Notes under the pieces: model-generated | Databases searched by the model: none | Told to the model about the DNA's origin: nothing | What the model saw: only the letters and a program-made list of their open reading frames with translations | Position numbers and translations under genes: made by a program | DNA from: Macrostomum lignano | Lineage: Eukaryota | NCBI GenBank assembly: GCA_002269645.1 | Contig: NIVC01004322.1 | Span: forward strand, 1-28,576 | Direction of reading: 5' to 3' | DNA: 28,576 bases | Part shown: positions 9,968 through 24,200 of the stretch, one piece after another | Numbering within the stretch: the stretch's first letter is position 1 | Layout of the letters: each line of letters starts with the position of its first letter

Positions 9968-10940
9968 GCAGTTATTGGTAGAGACAGGGCAGAATGGTAG
10001 AGACAGGGCAGTTATTGGTAGAGACAGGGCAGTTATTGGTAGAGACAGGGCAGAATGGTAGAGACAGGGCAGTTATTGGTAGAGAAAGGGCAGAATGGTA
10101 GAGACAGGGCAGAATGGTAGAGACAGGGCAGAATGGTAGAGACAGGGCAGAATGGTAGAGATAGGGCAGAATGGTAGAGACAGGGCAGTTATTGGTAGAG
10201 ACAGGGCAGAATGGTAGAGACAGGGCAGAATGGTAGAGACAGGGCAGAATGGTAGAGACAGGGCAGAATGGTAGAGAAAGGGCAGAATGGTAGAGACAGG
10301 GCAGTATGGTAGAGACAGGGCAGAATGGTAGAGACAGGGCAGAATGGTAGAGACAGGGCAGAATGGTAGAGACAGGGCAGAATGGTAGAGACAGGGCAGA
10401 ATGGTAGAGACAGGGCAGAATGGTAGAGACAGGGCAGAATGGTAGAGAAAGGGCAGAATGGTAGAGACAGGGCAGTATGGTAGAGACAGGGCAGAATGGT
10501 AGAGACAGGGCAGAATGGTAGAGACAGGGCAGAATGGTAGAGACAGGGCAGAATGGTAGAGACAGGGCAGAATGGTAGAGAAAGGGCAGAATGGTAGAGA
10601 CAGGGCAGAATGGTAGAGACAGGGTAGAATGGTAGAGACAGGGCAGAATGGTAGAGACAGGGTAGAATGGTAGAGACAGGGCAGAATGGTAGAGACAGGG
10701 TAGAATGGTAGAGACAGGGCAGAATGGTAGAGAAAGGGTAGAATGGTAGAGACAGGGCAGAATGGTAGAGACAGGGCAGAATGGTAGAGAAAGGGTAGAA
10801 TGGTAGAGACAGGGCAGAATGGTAGAGAAAGGGCAGAATGGTAGAGACAGGGCAGAATGGTAGAGACAGGGTAGAATGGTAGAGACAGGGCAGAATGGTA
10901 GAGACAGGGTAGAATGGTAGAGACAGGGCAGTTATTGGTA
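9968..10940. repeat. 19-bp purine-rich minisatellite (GGTAGAGACAGGGCAGAAT) x about 50, with 21-bp ...GCAGTTATT variants
   Basis: Read directly; the array begins and ends with GCAGTTATTGGTA. Confidence 0.97.
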
Positions 10941-10967
10941 AAAATATTGCTCTTCACCTTCACTTAC

Positions 10968-11090
10968 CATTAACTGGAATCGATCAGACGCGGCGAGCTC
11001 TTTCTCAAACGACTTTTGCCGCTTAGCGACGTCATAGCATTTGCCTTTGCGGCTTATCAGCTGTTTTATGAACTCCAATTGTTTGGACAT
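10968..11090 (-). CDS. First coding exon of an unidentified minus-strand gene
   Basis: ATG at 11090; 41 open codons MSKQLEFIKQLISRKGKCYDVAKRQKSFEKELAASDRFQLM ending at a consensus donor ATG|GTAAGT. Confidence 0.6.
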
Positions 11091-11409
11091 TTGGGTTAAT
11101 TTATTGAAAAAATGAAATTAATTGACAAATAGAAATCTGGCTTTTTGAAAGGCCAACTGAAGTCCCATTTTATATGAAGCGGCAGTTTGACATCAACAAG
11201 TTCACTCTAATTTTCATTGGTTCGGAATGGGGTGGTCAAAATATTTCACGTTCATAGTACGTGTCAAATCCACTATGCTTTTAGACTCGAAGGGGTGGAC
11301 TGCTTCATTTCAGTAGTGACTCATTTTGACACCAAATTACTTTGATTCAAAATGAAACATGCGCATTAACCAGCATGAAACATACATTAGGTACAATATG
11401 CCCCACTCA

Positions 11410-11464
11410 CATTCACAGCCTCATTCACAGCCTCATTCACTGCCTCATTCACAGCCTCACAGCC
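11410..11464. repeat. About 4.5 x 12-bp repeat (CATTCACAGCCT)
   Basis: Read directly. Confidence 0.85.
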
Positions 11465-12237
11465 AGACTCACTGATCGACCCTAATCCAGTTTGGGTTTC
11501 GAATACTCAGTTATTTCTGCATTTTCAATTCATTGAGTAGCTCTGTGAGATCCGCTGCTGTCAATATACAGTGGGCAGTGGATAACAAATAAATGACACA
11601 CAATGAATTGGATAGGAATTAAATGAATGATGCAAAATAGAAATTCGAGAAATAGATTAAATATGCAAGAAAAAGACGTATATGCTCAAAAATTAGGATG
11701 AAGTCAGTCATCAACAAATCAAAGAGTAGATAAAATTTCTCTTTGGTGACTAAATAAAGTTTACAATTTTACATATTTGGAACTGCTTGACACTATTCTT
11801 TACGATAATGGCGCAATCATAAGTTTGGTGCAACAAATTTGCTTAGATAGGTGTCTTCCACCATGAACCACCCATCACTGTCACCGAGCATTGCGCAATC
11901 TTGAGCATACCCAGAGCACGTATTTGCTTTTAAGCAATCGTGAGAACTGCGATTCTTATCTTTACTCAAAATCCAGCTACAGTGGAAAGATCGAGAAAAG
12001 CGCGAAACACACCTCCAAACAAACCGCTGTGCATAATACAAAACAATATATAGATAAAAAGTGGAACGCTCACAGCAGGTGACCAAACCAAAAGTAAAAG
12101 CAAAGCCCAATTGTATTTTGATAAAAAGCCATTACTAAAGAAGCTGGCGAAATATTTCTGAGCTAACCTGTCAATATCAAGTATAAGTTAAAATGTACGA
12201 GCGCAGTAAATTCAAACATGGATTTAAACTATAGCGG

Positions 12238-15200
12238 CGCTGTCAATATATAGAATTAAATGGAGAGCTTAGAAATGACACTCAATGGGGCTGATATACA
12301 CAGGTGCAAAGATGACGCAGAGCCCGCTACTCTCAGCATCTCTAACTAGCCCTGTCGCTGTCAATATATAGAATTAAATGGAGAGCTTAGAAATGACACT
12401 CAATGGGGCTGATATACACAGGTGCAAAGATGACGCAGAGCCCGCTACTCTCAGCATCTCTAACTAGCCCTGTCGCTGTCAATATATAGAATTAAATGGA
12501 GAGCTTAGAAATGACACTCAATGGGGCTGATATACACAGGTGCAAAGATGACGCAGAGCCCGCTACTCTCAGCATCTCTAACTAGCCCTGTCGCTGTCAA
12601 TATATAGAATTAAATGGAGAGCTTAGAAATGACACTCAATGGGGCTGATATACACAGGTGCAAAGATGACGCAGAGCCCGCTACTCTCAGCATCTCTAAC
12701 TAGCCCTGTCGCTGTCAATATATAGAATTAAATGGAGAGCTTAGAAATGACACTCAATGGGGCTGATATACACAGGTGCAAAGATGACGCAGAGCCCGCT
12801 ACTCTCAGCATCTCTAACTAGCCCTGTCGCTGTCAATATATAGAATTAAATGGAGAGCTTAGAAATGACACTCAATGGGGCTGATATACACAGGTGCAAA
12901 GATGACGCAGAGCCCGCTACTCTCAGCATCTCTAACTAGCCCTGTCGCTGTCAATATATAGAATTAAATGGAGAGCTTAGAAATGACACTCAATGGGGCT
13001 GATATACACAGGTGCAAAGATGACGCAGAGCCCGCTACTCTCAGCATCTCTAACTAGCCCTGTCGCTGTCAATATATAGAATTAAATGGAGAGCTTAGAA
13101 ATGACACTCAATGGGGCTGATATACACAGGTGCAAAGATGACGCAGAGCCCGCTACTCTCAGCATCTCTAACTAGCCCTGTCGCTGTCAATATATAGAAT
13201 TAAATGGAGAGCTTAGAAATGACACTCAATGGGGCTGATATACACAGGTGCAAAGATGACGCAGAGCCCGCTACTCTCAGCATCTCTAACTAGCCCTGTC
13301 GCTGTCAATATATAGAATTAAATGGAGAGCTTAGAAATGACACTCAATGGGGCTGATATACACAGGTGCAAAGATGACGCAGAGCCCGCTACTCTCAGCA
13401 TCTCTAACTAGCCCTGTCGCTGTCAATATATAGAATTAAATGGAGAGCTTAGAAATGACACTCAATGGGGCTGATATACACAGGTGCAAAGATGACGCAG
13501 AGCCCGCTACTCTCAGCATCTCTAACTAGCCCTGTCGCTGTCAATATATAGAATTAAATGGAGAGCTTAGAAATGACACTCAATGGGGCTGATATACACA
13601 GGTGCAAAGATGACGCAGAGCCCGCTACTCTCAGCATCTCTAACTAGCCCTGTCGCTGTCAATATATAGAATTAAATGGAGAGCTTAGAAATGACACTCA
13701 ATGGGGCTGATATACACAGGTGCAAAGATGACGCAGAGCCCGCTACTCTCAGCATCTCTAACTAGCCCTGTCGCTGTCAATATATAGAATTAAATGGAGA
13801 GCTTAGAAATGACACTCAATGGGGCTGATATACACAGGTGCAAAGATGACGCAGAGCCCGCTACTCTCAGCATCTCTAACTAGCCCTGTCGCTGTCAATA
13901 TATAGAATTAAATGGAGAGCTTAGAAATGACACTCAATGGGGCTGATATACACAGGTGCAAAGATGACGCAGAGCCCGCTACTCTCAGCATCTCTAACTA
14001 GCCCTGTCGCTGTCAATATATAGAATTAAATGGAGAGCTTAGAAATGACACTCAATGGGGCTGATATACACAGGTGCAAAGATGACGCAGAGCCCGCTAC
14101 TCTCAGCATCTCTAACTAGCCCTGTCGCTGTCAATATATAGAATTAAATGGAGAGCTTAGAAATGACACTCAATGGGGCTGATATACACAGGTGCAAAGA
14201 TGACGCAGAGCCCGCTACTCTCAGCATCTCTAACTAGCCCTGTCGCTGTCAATATATAGAATTAAATGGAGAGCTTAGAAATGACACTCAATGGGGCTGA
14301 TATACACAGGTGCAAAGATGACGCAGAGCCCGCTACTCTCAGCATCTCTAACTAGCCCTGTCGCTGTCAATATATAGAATTAAATGGAGAGCTTAGAAAT
14401 GACACTCAATGGGGCTGATATACACAGGTGCAAAGATGACGCAGAGCCCGCTACTCTCAGCATCTCTAACTAGCCCTGTCGCTGTCAATATATAGAATTA
14501 AATGGAGAGCTTAGAAATGACACTCAATGGGGCTGATATACACAGGTGCAAAGATGACGCAGAGCCCGCTACTCTCAGCATCTCTAACTAGCCCTGTCGC
14601 TGTCAATATATAGAATTAAATGGAGAGCTTAGAAATGACACTCAATGGGGCTGATATACACAGGTGCAAAGATGACGCAGAGCCCGCTACTCTCAGCATC
14701 TCTAACTAGCCCTGTCGCTGTCAATATATAGAATTAAATGGAGAGCTTAGAAATGACACTCAATGGGGCTGATATACACAGGTGCAAAGATGACGCAGAG
14801 CCCGCTACTCTCAGCATCTCTAACTAGCCCTGTCGCTGTCAATATATAGAATTAAATGGAGAGCTTAGAAATGACACTCAATGGGGCTGATATACACAGG
14901 TGCAAAGATGACGCAGAGCCCGCTACTCTCAGCATCTCTAACTAGCCCTGTCGCTGTCAATATATAGAATTAAATGGAGAGCTTAGAAATGACACTCAAT
15001 GGGGCTGATATACACAGGTGCAAAGATGACGCAGAGCCCGCTACTCTCAGCATCTCTAACTAGCCCTGTCGCTGTCAATATATAGAATTAAATGGAGAGC
15101 TTAGAAATGACACTCAATGGGGCTGATATACACAGGTGCAAAGATGACGCAGAGCCCGCTACTCTCAGCATCTCTAACTAGCCCTGTCGCTGTCAATATA

Positions 15201-18200
15201 TAGAATTAAATGGAGAGCTTAGAAATGACACTCAATGGGGCTGATATACACAGGTGCAAAGATGACGCAGAGCCCGCTACTCTCAGCATCTCTAACTAGC
15301 CCTGTCGCTGTCAATATATAGAATTAAATGGAGAGCTTAGAAATGACACTCAATGGGGCTGATATACACAGGTGCAAAGATGACGCAGAGCCCGCTACTC
15401 TCAGCATCTCTAACTAGCCCTGTCGCTGTCAATATATAGAATTAAATGGAGAGCTTAGAAATGACACTCAATGGGGCTGATATACACAGGTGCAAAGATG
15501 ACGCAGAGCCCGCTACTCTCAGCATCTCTAACTAGCCCTGTCGCTGTCAATATATAGAATTAAATGGAGAGCTTAGAAATGACACTCAATGGGGCTGATA
15601 TACACAGGTGCAAAGATGACGCAGAGCCCGCTACTCTCAGCATCTCTAACTAGCCCTGTCGCTGTCAATATATAGAATTAAATGGAGAGCTTAGAAATGA
15701 CACTCAATGGGGCTGATATACACAGGTGCAAAGATGACGCAGAGCCCGCTACTCTCAGCATCTCTAACTAGCCCTGTCGCTGTCAATATATAGAATTAAA
15801 TGGAGAGCTTAGAAATGACACTCAATGGGGCTGATATACACAGGTGCAAAGATGACGCAGAGCCCGCTACTCTCAGCATCTCTAACTAGCCCTGTCGCTG
15901 TCAATATATAGAATTAAATGGAGAGCTTAGAAATGACACTCAATGGGGCTGATATACACAGGTGCAAAGATGACGCAGAGCCCGCTACTCTCAGCATCTC
16001 TAACTAGCCCTGTCGCTGTCAATATATAGAATTAAATGGAGAGCTTAGAAATGACACTCAATGGGGCTGATATACACAGGTGCAAAGATGACGCAGAGCC
16101 CGCTACTCTCAGCATCTCTAACTAGCCCTGTCGCTGTCAATATATAGAATTAAATGGAGAGCTTAGAAATGACACTCAATGGGGCTGATATACACAGGTG
16201 CAAAGATGACGCAGAGCCCGCTACTCTCAGCATCTCTAACTAGCCCTGTCGCTGTCAATATATAGAATTAAATGGAGAGCTTAGAAATGACACTCAATGG
16301 GGCTGATATACACAGGTGCAAAGATGACGCAGAGCCCGCTACTCTCAGCATCTCTAACTAGCCCTGTCGCTGTCAATATATAGAATTAAATGGAGAGCTT
16401 AGAAATGACACTCAATGGGGCTGATATACACAGGTGCAAAGATGACGCAGAGCCCGCTACTCTCAGCATCTCTAACTAGCCCTGTCGCTGTCAATATATA
16501 GAATTAAATGGAGAGCTTAGAAATGACACTCAATGGGGCTGATATACACAGGTGCAAAGATGACGCAGAGCCCGCTACTCTCAGCATCTCTAACTAGCCC
16601 TGTCGCTGTCAATATATAGAATTAAATGGAGAGCTTAGAAATGACACTCAATGGGGCTGATATACACAGGTGCAAAGATGACGCAGAGCCCGCTACTCTC
16701 AGCATCTCTAACTAGCCCTGTCGCTGTCAATATATAGAATTAAATGGAGAGCTTAGAAATGACACTCAATGGGGCTGATATACACAGGTGCAAAGATGAC
16801 GCAGAGCCCGCTACTCTCAGCATCTCTAACTAGCCCTGTCGCTGTCAATATATAGAATTAAATGGAGAGCTTAGAAATGACACTCAATGGGGCTGATATA
16901 CACAGGTGCAAAGATGACGCAGAGCCCGCTACTCTCAGCATCTCTAACTAGCCCTGTCGCTGTCAATATATAGAATTAAATGGAGAGCTTAGAAATGACA
17001 CTCAATGGGGCTGATATACACAGGTGCAAAGATGACGCAGAGCCCGCTACTCTCAGCATCTCTAACTAGCCCTGTCGCTGTCAATATATAGAATTAAATG
17101 GAGAGCTTAGAAATGACACTCAATGGGGCTGATATACACAGGTGCAAAGATGACGCAGAGCCCGCTACTCTCAGCATCTCTAACTAGCCCTGTCGCTGTC
17201 AATATATAGAATTAAATGGAGAGCTTAGAAATGACACTCAATGGGGCTGATATACACAGGTGCAAAGATGACGCAGAGCCCGCTACTCTCAGCATCTCTA
17301 ACTAGCCCTGTCGCTGTCAATATATAGAATTAAATGGAGAGCTTAGAAATGACACTCAATGGGGCTGATATACACAGGTGCAAAGATGACGCAGAGCCCG
17401 CTACTCTCAGCATCTCTAACTAGCCCTGTCGCTGTCAATATATAGAATTAAATGGAGAGCTTAGAAATGACACTCAATGGGGCTGATATACACAGGTGCA
17501 AAGATGACGCAGAGCCCGCTACTCTCAGCATCTCTAACTAGCCCTGTCGCTGTCAATATATAGAATTAAATGGAGAGCTTAGAAATGACACTCAATGGGG
17601 CTGATATACACAGGTGCAAAGATGACGCAGAGCCCGCTACTCTCAGCATCTCTAACTAGCCCTGTCGCTGTCAATATATAGAATTAAATGGAGAGCTTAG
17701 AAATGACACTCAATGGGGCTGATATACACAGGTGCAAAGATGACGCAGAGCCCGCTACTCTCAGCATCTCTAACTAGCCCTGTCGCTGTCAATATATAGA
17801 ATTAAATGGAGAGCTTAGAAATGACACTCAATGGGGCTGATATACACAGGTGCAAAGATGACGCAGAGCCCGCTACTCTCAGCATCTCTAACTAGCCCTG
17901 TCGCTGTCAATATATAGAATTAAATGGAGAGCTTAGAAATGACACTCAATGGGGCTGATATACACAGGTGCAAAGATGACGCAGAGCCCGCTACTCTCAG
18001 CATCTCTAACTAGCCCTGTCGCTGTCAATATATAGAATTAAATGGAGAGCTTAGAAATGACACTCAATGGGGCTGATATACACAGGTGCAAAGATGACGC
18101 AGAGCCCGCTACTCTCAGCATCTCTAACTAGCCCTGTCGCTGTCAATATATAGAATTAAATGGAGAGCTTAGAAATGACACTCAATGGGGCTGATATACA

Positions 18201-21200
18201 CAGGTGCAAAGATGACGCAGAGCCCGCTACTCTCAGCATCTCTAACTAGCCCTGTCGCTGTCAATATATAGAATTAAATGGAGAGCTTAGAAATGACACT
18301 CAATGGGGCTGATATACACAGGTGCAAAGATGACGCAGAGCCCGCTACTCTCAGCATCTCTAACTAGCCCTGTCGCTGTCAATATATAGAATTAAATGGA
18401 GAGCTTAGAAATGACACTCAATGGGGCTGATATACACAGGTGCAAAGATGACGCAGAGCCCGCTACTCTCAGCATCTCTAACTAGCCCTGTCGCTGTCAA
18501 TATATAGAATTAAATGGAGAGCTTAGAAATGACACTCAATGGGGCTGATATACACAGGTGCAAAGATGACGCAGAGCCCGCTACTCTCAGCATCTCTAAC
18601 TAGCCCTGTCGCTGTCAATATATAGAATTAAATGGAGAGCTTAGAAATGACACTCAATGGGGCTGATATACACAGGTGCAAAGATGACGCAGAGCCCGCT
18701 ACTCTCAGCATCTCTAACTAGCCCTGTCGCTGTCAATATATAGAATTAAATGGAGAGCTTAGAAATGACACTCAATGGGGCTGATATACACAGGTGCAAA
18801 GATGACGCAGAGCCCGCTACTCTCAGCATCTCTAACTAGCCCTGTCGCTGTCAATATATAGAATTAAATGGAGAGCTTAGAAATGACACTCAATGGGGCT
18901 GATATACACAGGTGCAAAGATGACGCAGAGCCCGCTACTCTCAGCATCTCTAACTAGCCCTGTCGCTGTCAATATATAGAATTAAATGGAGAGCTTAGAA
19001 ATGACACTCAATGGGGCTGATATACACAGGTGCAAAGATGACGCAGAGCCCGCTACTCTCAGCATCTCTAACTAGCCCTGTCGCTGTCAATATATAGAAT
19101 TAAATGGAGAGCTTAGAAATGACACTCAATGGGGCTGATATACACAGGTGCAAAGATGACGCAGAGCCCGCTACTCTCAGCATCTCTAACTAGCCCTGTC
19201 GCTGTCAATATATAGAATTAAATGGAGAGCTTAGAAATGACACTCAATGGGGCTGATATACACAGGTGCAAAGATGACGCAGAGCCCGCTACTCTCAGCA
19301 TCTCTAACTAGCCCTGTCGCTGTCAATATATAGAATTAAATGGAGAGCTTAGAAATGACACTCAATGGGGCTGATATACACAGGTGCAAAGATGACGCAG
19401 AGCCCGCTACTCTCAGCATCTCTAACTAGCCCTGTCGCTGTCAATATATAGAATTAAATGGAGAGCTTAGAAATGACACTCAATGGGGCTGATATACACA
19501 GGTGCAAAGATGACGCAGAGCCCGCTACTCTCAGCATCTCTAACTAGCCCTGTCGCTGTCAATATATAGAATTAAATGGAGAGCTTAGAAATGACACTCA
19601 ATGGGGCTGATATACACAGGTGCAAAGATGACGCAGAGCCCGCTACTCTCAGCATCTCTAACTAGCCCTGTCGCTGTCAATATATAGAATTAAATGGAGA
19701 GCTTAGAAATGACACTCAATGGGGCTGATATACACAGGTGCAAAGATGACGCAGAGCCCGCTACTCTCAGCATCTCTAACTAGCCCTGTCGCTGTCAATA
19801 TATAGAATTAAATGGAGAGCTTAGAAATGACACTCAATGGGGCTGATATACACAGGTGCAAAGATGACGCAGAGCCCGCTACTCTCAGCATCTCTAACTA
19901 GCCCTGTCGCTGTCAATATATAGAATTAAATGGAGAGCTTAGAAATGACACTCAATGGGGCTGATATACACAGGTGCAAAGATGACGCAGAGCCCGCTAC
20001 TCTCAGCATCTCTAACTAGCCCTGTCGCTGTCAATATATAGAATTAAATGGAGAGCTTAGAAATGACACTCAATGGGGCTGATATACACAGGTGCAAAGA
20101 TGACGCAGAGCCCGCTACTCTCAGCATCTCTAACTAGCCCTGTCGCTGTCAATATATAGAATTAAATGGAGAGCTTAGAAATGACACTCAATGGGGCTGA
20201 TATACACAGGTGCAAAGATGACGCAGAGCCCGCTACTCTCAGCATCTCTAACTAGCCCTGTCGCTGTCAATATATAGAATTAAATGGAGAGCTTAGAAAT
20301 GACACTCAATGGGGCTGATATACACAGGTGCAAAGATGACGCAGAGCCCGCTACTCTCAGCATCTCTAACTAGCCCTGTCGCTGTCAATATATAGAATTA
20401 AATGGAGAGCTTAGAAATGACACTCAATGGGGCTGATATACACAGGTGCAAAGATGACGCAGAGCCCGCTACTCTCAGCATCTCTAACTAGCCCTGTCGC
20501 TGTCAATATATAGAATTAAATGGAGAGCTTAGAAATGACACTCAATGGGGCTGATATACACAGGTGCAAAGATGACGCAGAGCCCGCTACTCTCAGCATC
20601 TCTAACTAGCCCTGTCGCTGTCAATATATAGAATTAAATGGAGAGCTTAGAAATGACACTCAATGGGGCTGATATACACAGGTGCAAAGATGACGCAGAG
20701 CCCGCTACTCTCAGCATCTCTAACTAGCCCTGTCGCTGTCAATATATAGAATTAAATGGAGAGCTTAGAAATGACACTCAATGGGGCTGATATACACAGG
20801 TGCAAAGATGACGCAGAGCCCGCTACTCTCAGCATCTCTAACTAGCCCTGTCGCTGTCAATATATAGAATTAAATGGAGAGCTTAGAAATGACACTCAAT
20901 GGGGCTGATATACACAGGTGCAAAGATGACGCAGAGCCCGCTACTCTCAGCATCTCTAACTAGCCCTGTCGCTGTCAATATATAGAATTAAATGGAGAGC
21001 TTAGAAATGACACTCAATGGGGCTGATATACACAGGTGCAAAGATGACGCAGAGCCCGCTACTCTCAGCATCTCTAACTAGCCCTGTCGCTGTCAATATA
21101 TAGAATTAAATGGAGAGCTTAGAAATGACACTCAATGGGGCTGATATACACAGGTGCAAAGATGACGCAGAGCCCGCTACTCTCAGCATCTCTAACTAGC

Positions 21201-24200
21201 CCTGTCGCTGTCAATATATAGAATTAAATGGAGAGCTTAGAAATGACACTCAATGGGGCTGATATACACAGGTGCAAAGATGACGCAGAGCCCGCTACTC
21301 TCAGCATCTCTAACTAGCCCTGTCGCTGTCAATATATAGAATTAAATGGAGAGCTTAGAAATGACACTCAATGGGGCTGATATACACAGGTGCAAAGATG
21401 ACGCAGAGCCCGCTACTCTCAGCATCTCTAACTAGCCCTGTCGCTGTCAATATATAGAATTAAATGGAGAGCTTAGAAATGACACTCAATGGGGCTGATA
21501 TACACAGGTGCAAAGATGACGCAGAGCCCGCTACTCTCAGCATCTCTAACTAGCCCTGTCGCTGTCAATATATAGAATTAAATGGAGAGCTTAGAAATGA
21601 CACTCAATGGGGCTGATATACACAGGTGCAAAGATGACGCAGAGCCCGCTACTCTCAGCATCTCTAACTAGCCCTGTCGCTGTCAATATATAGAATTAAA
21701 TGGAGAGCTTAGAAATGACACTCAATGGGGCTGATATACACAGGTGCAAAGATGACGCAGAGCCCGCTACTCTCAGCATCTCTAACTAGCCCTGTCGCTG
21801 TCAATATATAGAATTAAATGGAGAGCTTAGAAATGACACTCAATGGGGCTGATATACACAGGTGCAAAGATGACGCAGAGCCCGCTACTCTCAGCATCTC
21901 TAACTAGCCCTGTCGCTGTCAATATATAGAATTAAATGGAGAGCTTAGAAATGACACTCAATGGGGCTGATATACACAGGTGCAAAGATGACGCAGAGCC
22001 CGCTACTCTCAGCATCTCTAACTAGCCCTGTCGCTGTCAATATATAGAATTAAATGGAGAGCTTAGAAATGACACTCAATGGGGCTGATATACACAGGTG
22101 CAAAGATGACGCAGAGCCCGCTACTCTCAGCATCTCTAACTAGCCCTGTCGCTGTCAATATATAGAATTAAATGGAGAGCTTAGAAATGACACTCAATGG
22201 GGCTGATATACACAGGTGCAAAGATGACGCAGAGCCCGCTACTCTCAGCATCTCTAACTAGCCCTGTCGCTGTCAATATATAGAATTAAATGGAGAGCTT
22301 AGAAATGACACTCAATGGGGCTGATATACACAGGTGCAAAGATGACGCAGAGCCCGCTACTCTCAGCATCTCTAACTAGCCCTGTCGCTGTCAATATATA
22401 GAATTAAATGGAGAGCTTAGAAATGACACTCAATGGGGCTGATATACACAGGTGCAAAGATGACGCAGAGCCCGCTACTCTCAGCATCTCTAACTAGCCC
22501 TGTCGCTGTCAATATATAGAATTAAATGGAGAGCTTAGAAATGACACTCAATGGGGCTGATATACACAGGTGCAAAGATGACGCAGAGCCCGCTACTCTC
22601 AGCATCTCTAACTAGCCCTGTCGCTGTCAATATATAGAATTAAATGGAGAGCTTAGAAATGACACTCAATGGGGCTGATATACACAGGTGCAAAGATGAC
22701 GCAGAGCCCGCTACTCTCAGCATCTCTAACTAGCCCTGTCGCTGTCAATATATAGAATTAAATGGAGAGCTTAGAAATGACACTCAATGGGGCTGATATA
22801 CACAGGTGCAAAGATGACGCAGAGCCCGCTACTCTCAGCATCTCTAACTAGCCCTGTCGCTGTCAATATATAGAATTAAATGGAGAGCTTAGAAATGACA
22901 CTCAATGGGGCTGATATACACAGGTGCAAAGATGACGCAGAGCCCGCTACTCTCAGCATCTCTAACTAGCCCTGTCGCTGTCAATATATAGAATTAAATG
23001 GAGAGCTTAGAAATGACACTCAATGGGGCTGATATACACAGGTGCAAAGATGACGCAGAGCCCGCTACTCTCAGCATCTCTAACTAGCCCTGTCGCTGTC
23101 AATATATAGAATTAAATGGAGAGCTTAGAAATGACACTCAATGGGGCTGATATACACAGGTGCAAAGATGACGCAGAGCCCGCTACTCTCAGCATCTCTA
23201 ACTAGCCCTGTCGCTGTCAATATATAGAATTAAATGGAGAGCTTAGAAATGACACTCAATGGGGCTGATATACACAGGTGCAAAGATGACGCAGAGCCCG
23301 CTACTCTCAGCATCTCTAACTAGCCCTGTCGCTGTCAATATATAGAATTAAATGGAGAGCTTAGAAATGACACTCAATGGGGCTGATATACACAGGTGCA
23401 AAGATGACGCAGAGCCCGCTACTCTCAGCATCTCTAACTAGCCCTGTCGCTGTCAATATATAGAATTAAATGGAGAGCTTAGAAATGACACTCAATGGGG
23501 CTGATATACACAGGTGCAAAGATGACGCAGAGCCCGCTACTCTCAGCATCTCTAACTAGCCCTGTCGCTGTCAATATATAGAATTAAATGGAGAGCTTAG
23601 AAATGACACTCAATGGGGCTGATATACACAGGTGCAAAGATGACGCAGAGCCCGCTACTCTCAGCATCTCTAACTAGCCCTGTCGCTGTCAATATATAGA
23701 ATTAAATGGAGAGCTTAGAAATGACACTCAATGGGGCTGATATACACAGGTGCAAAGATGACGCAGAGCCCGCTACTCTCAGCATCTCTAACTAGCCCTG
23801 TCGCTGTCAATATATAGAATTAAATGGAGAGCTTAGAAATGACACTCAATGGGGCTGATATACACAGGTGCAAAGATGACGCAGAGCCCGCTACTCTCAG
23901 CATCTCTAACTAGCCCTGTCGCTGTCAATATATAGAATTAAATGGAGAGCTTAGAAATGACACTCAATGGGGCTGATATACACAGGTGCAAAGATGACGC
24001 AGAGCCCGCTACTCTCAGCATCTCTAACTAGCCCTGTCGCTGTCAATATATAGAATTAAATGGAGAGCTTAGAAATGACACTCAATGGGGCTGATATACA
24101 CAGGTGCAAAGATGACGCAGAGCCCGCTACTCTCAGCATCTCTAACTAGCCCTGTCGCTGTCAATATATAGAATTAAATGGAGAGCTTAGAAATGACACT

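Noticed and set aside
10073-10963. 296-aa minus-strand ORF
   Set aside because: Translation of the 19-bp minisatellite inside a predicted intron.
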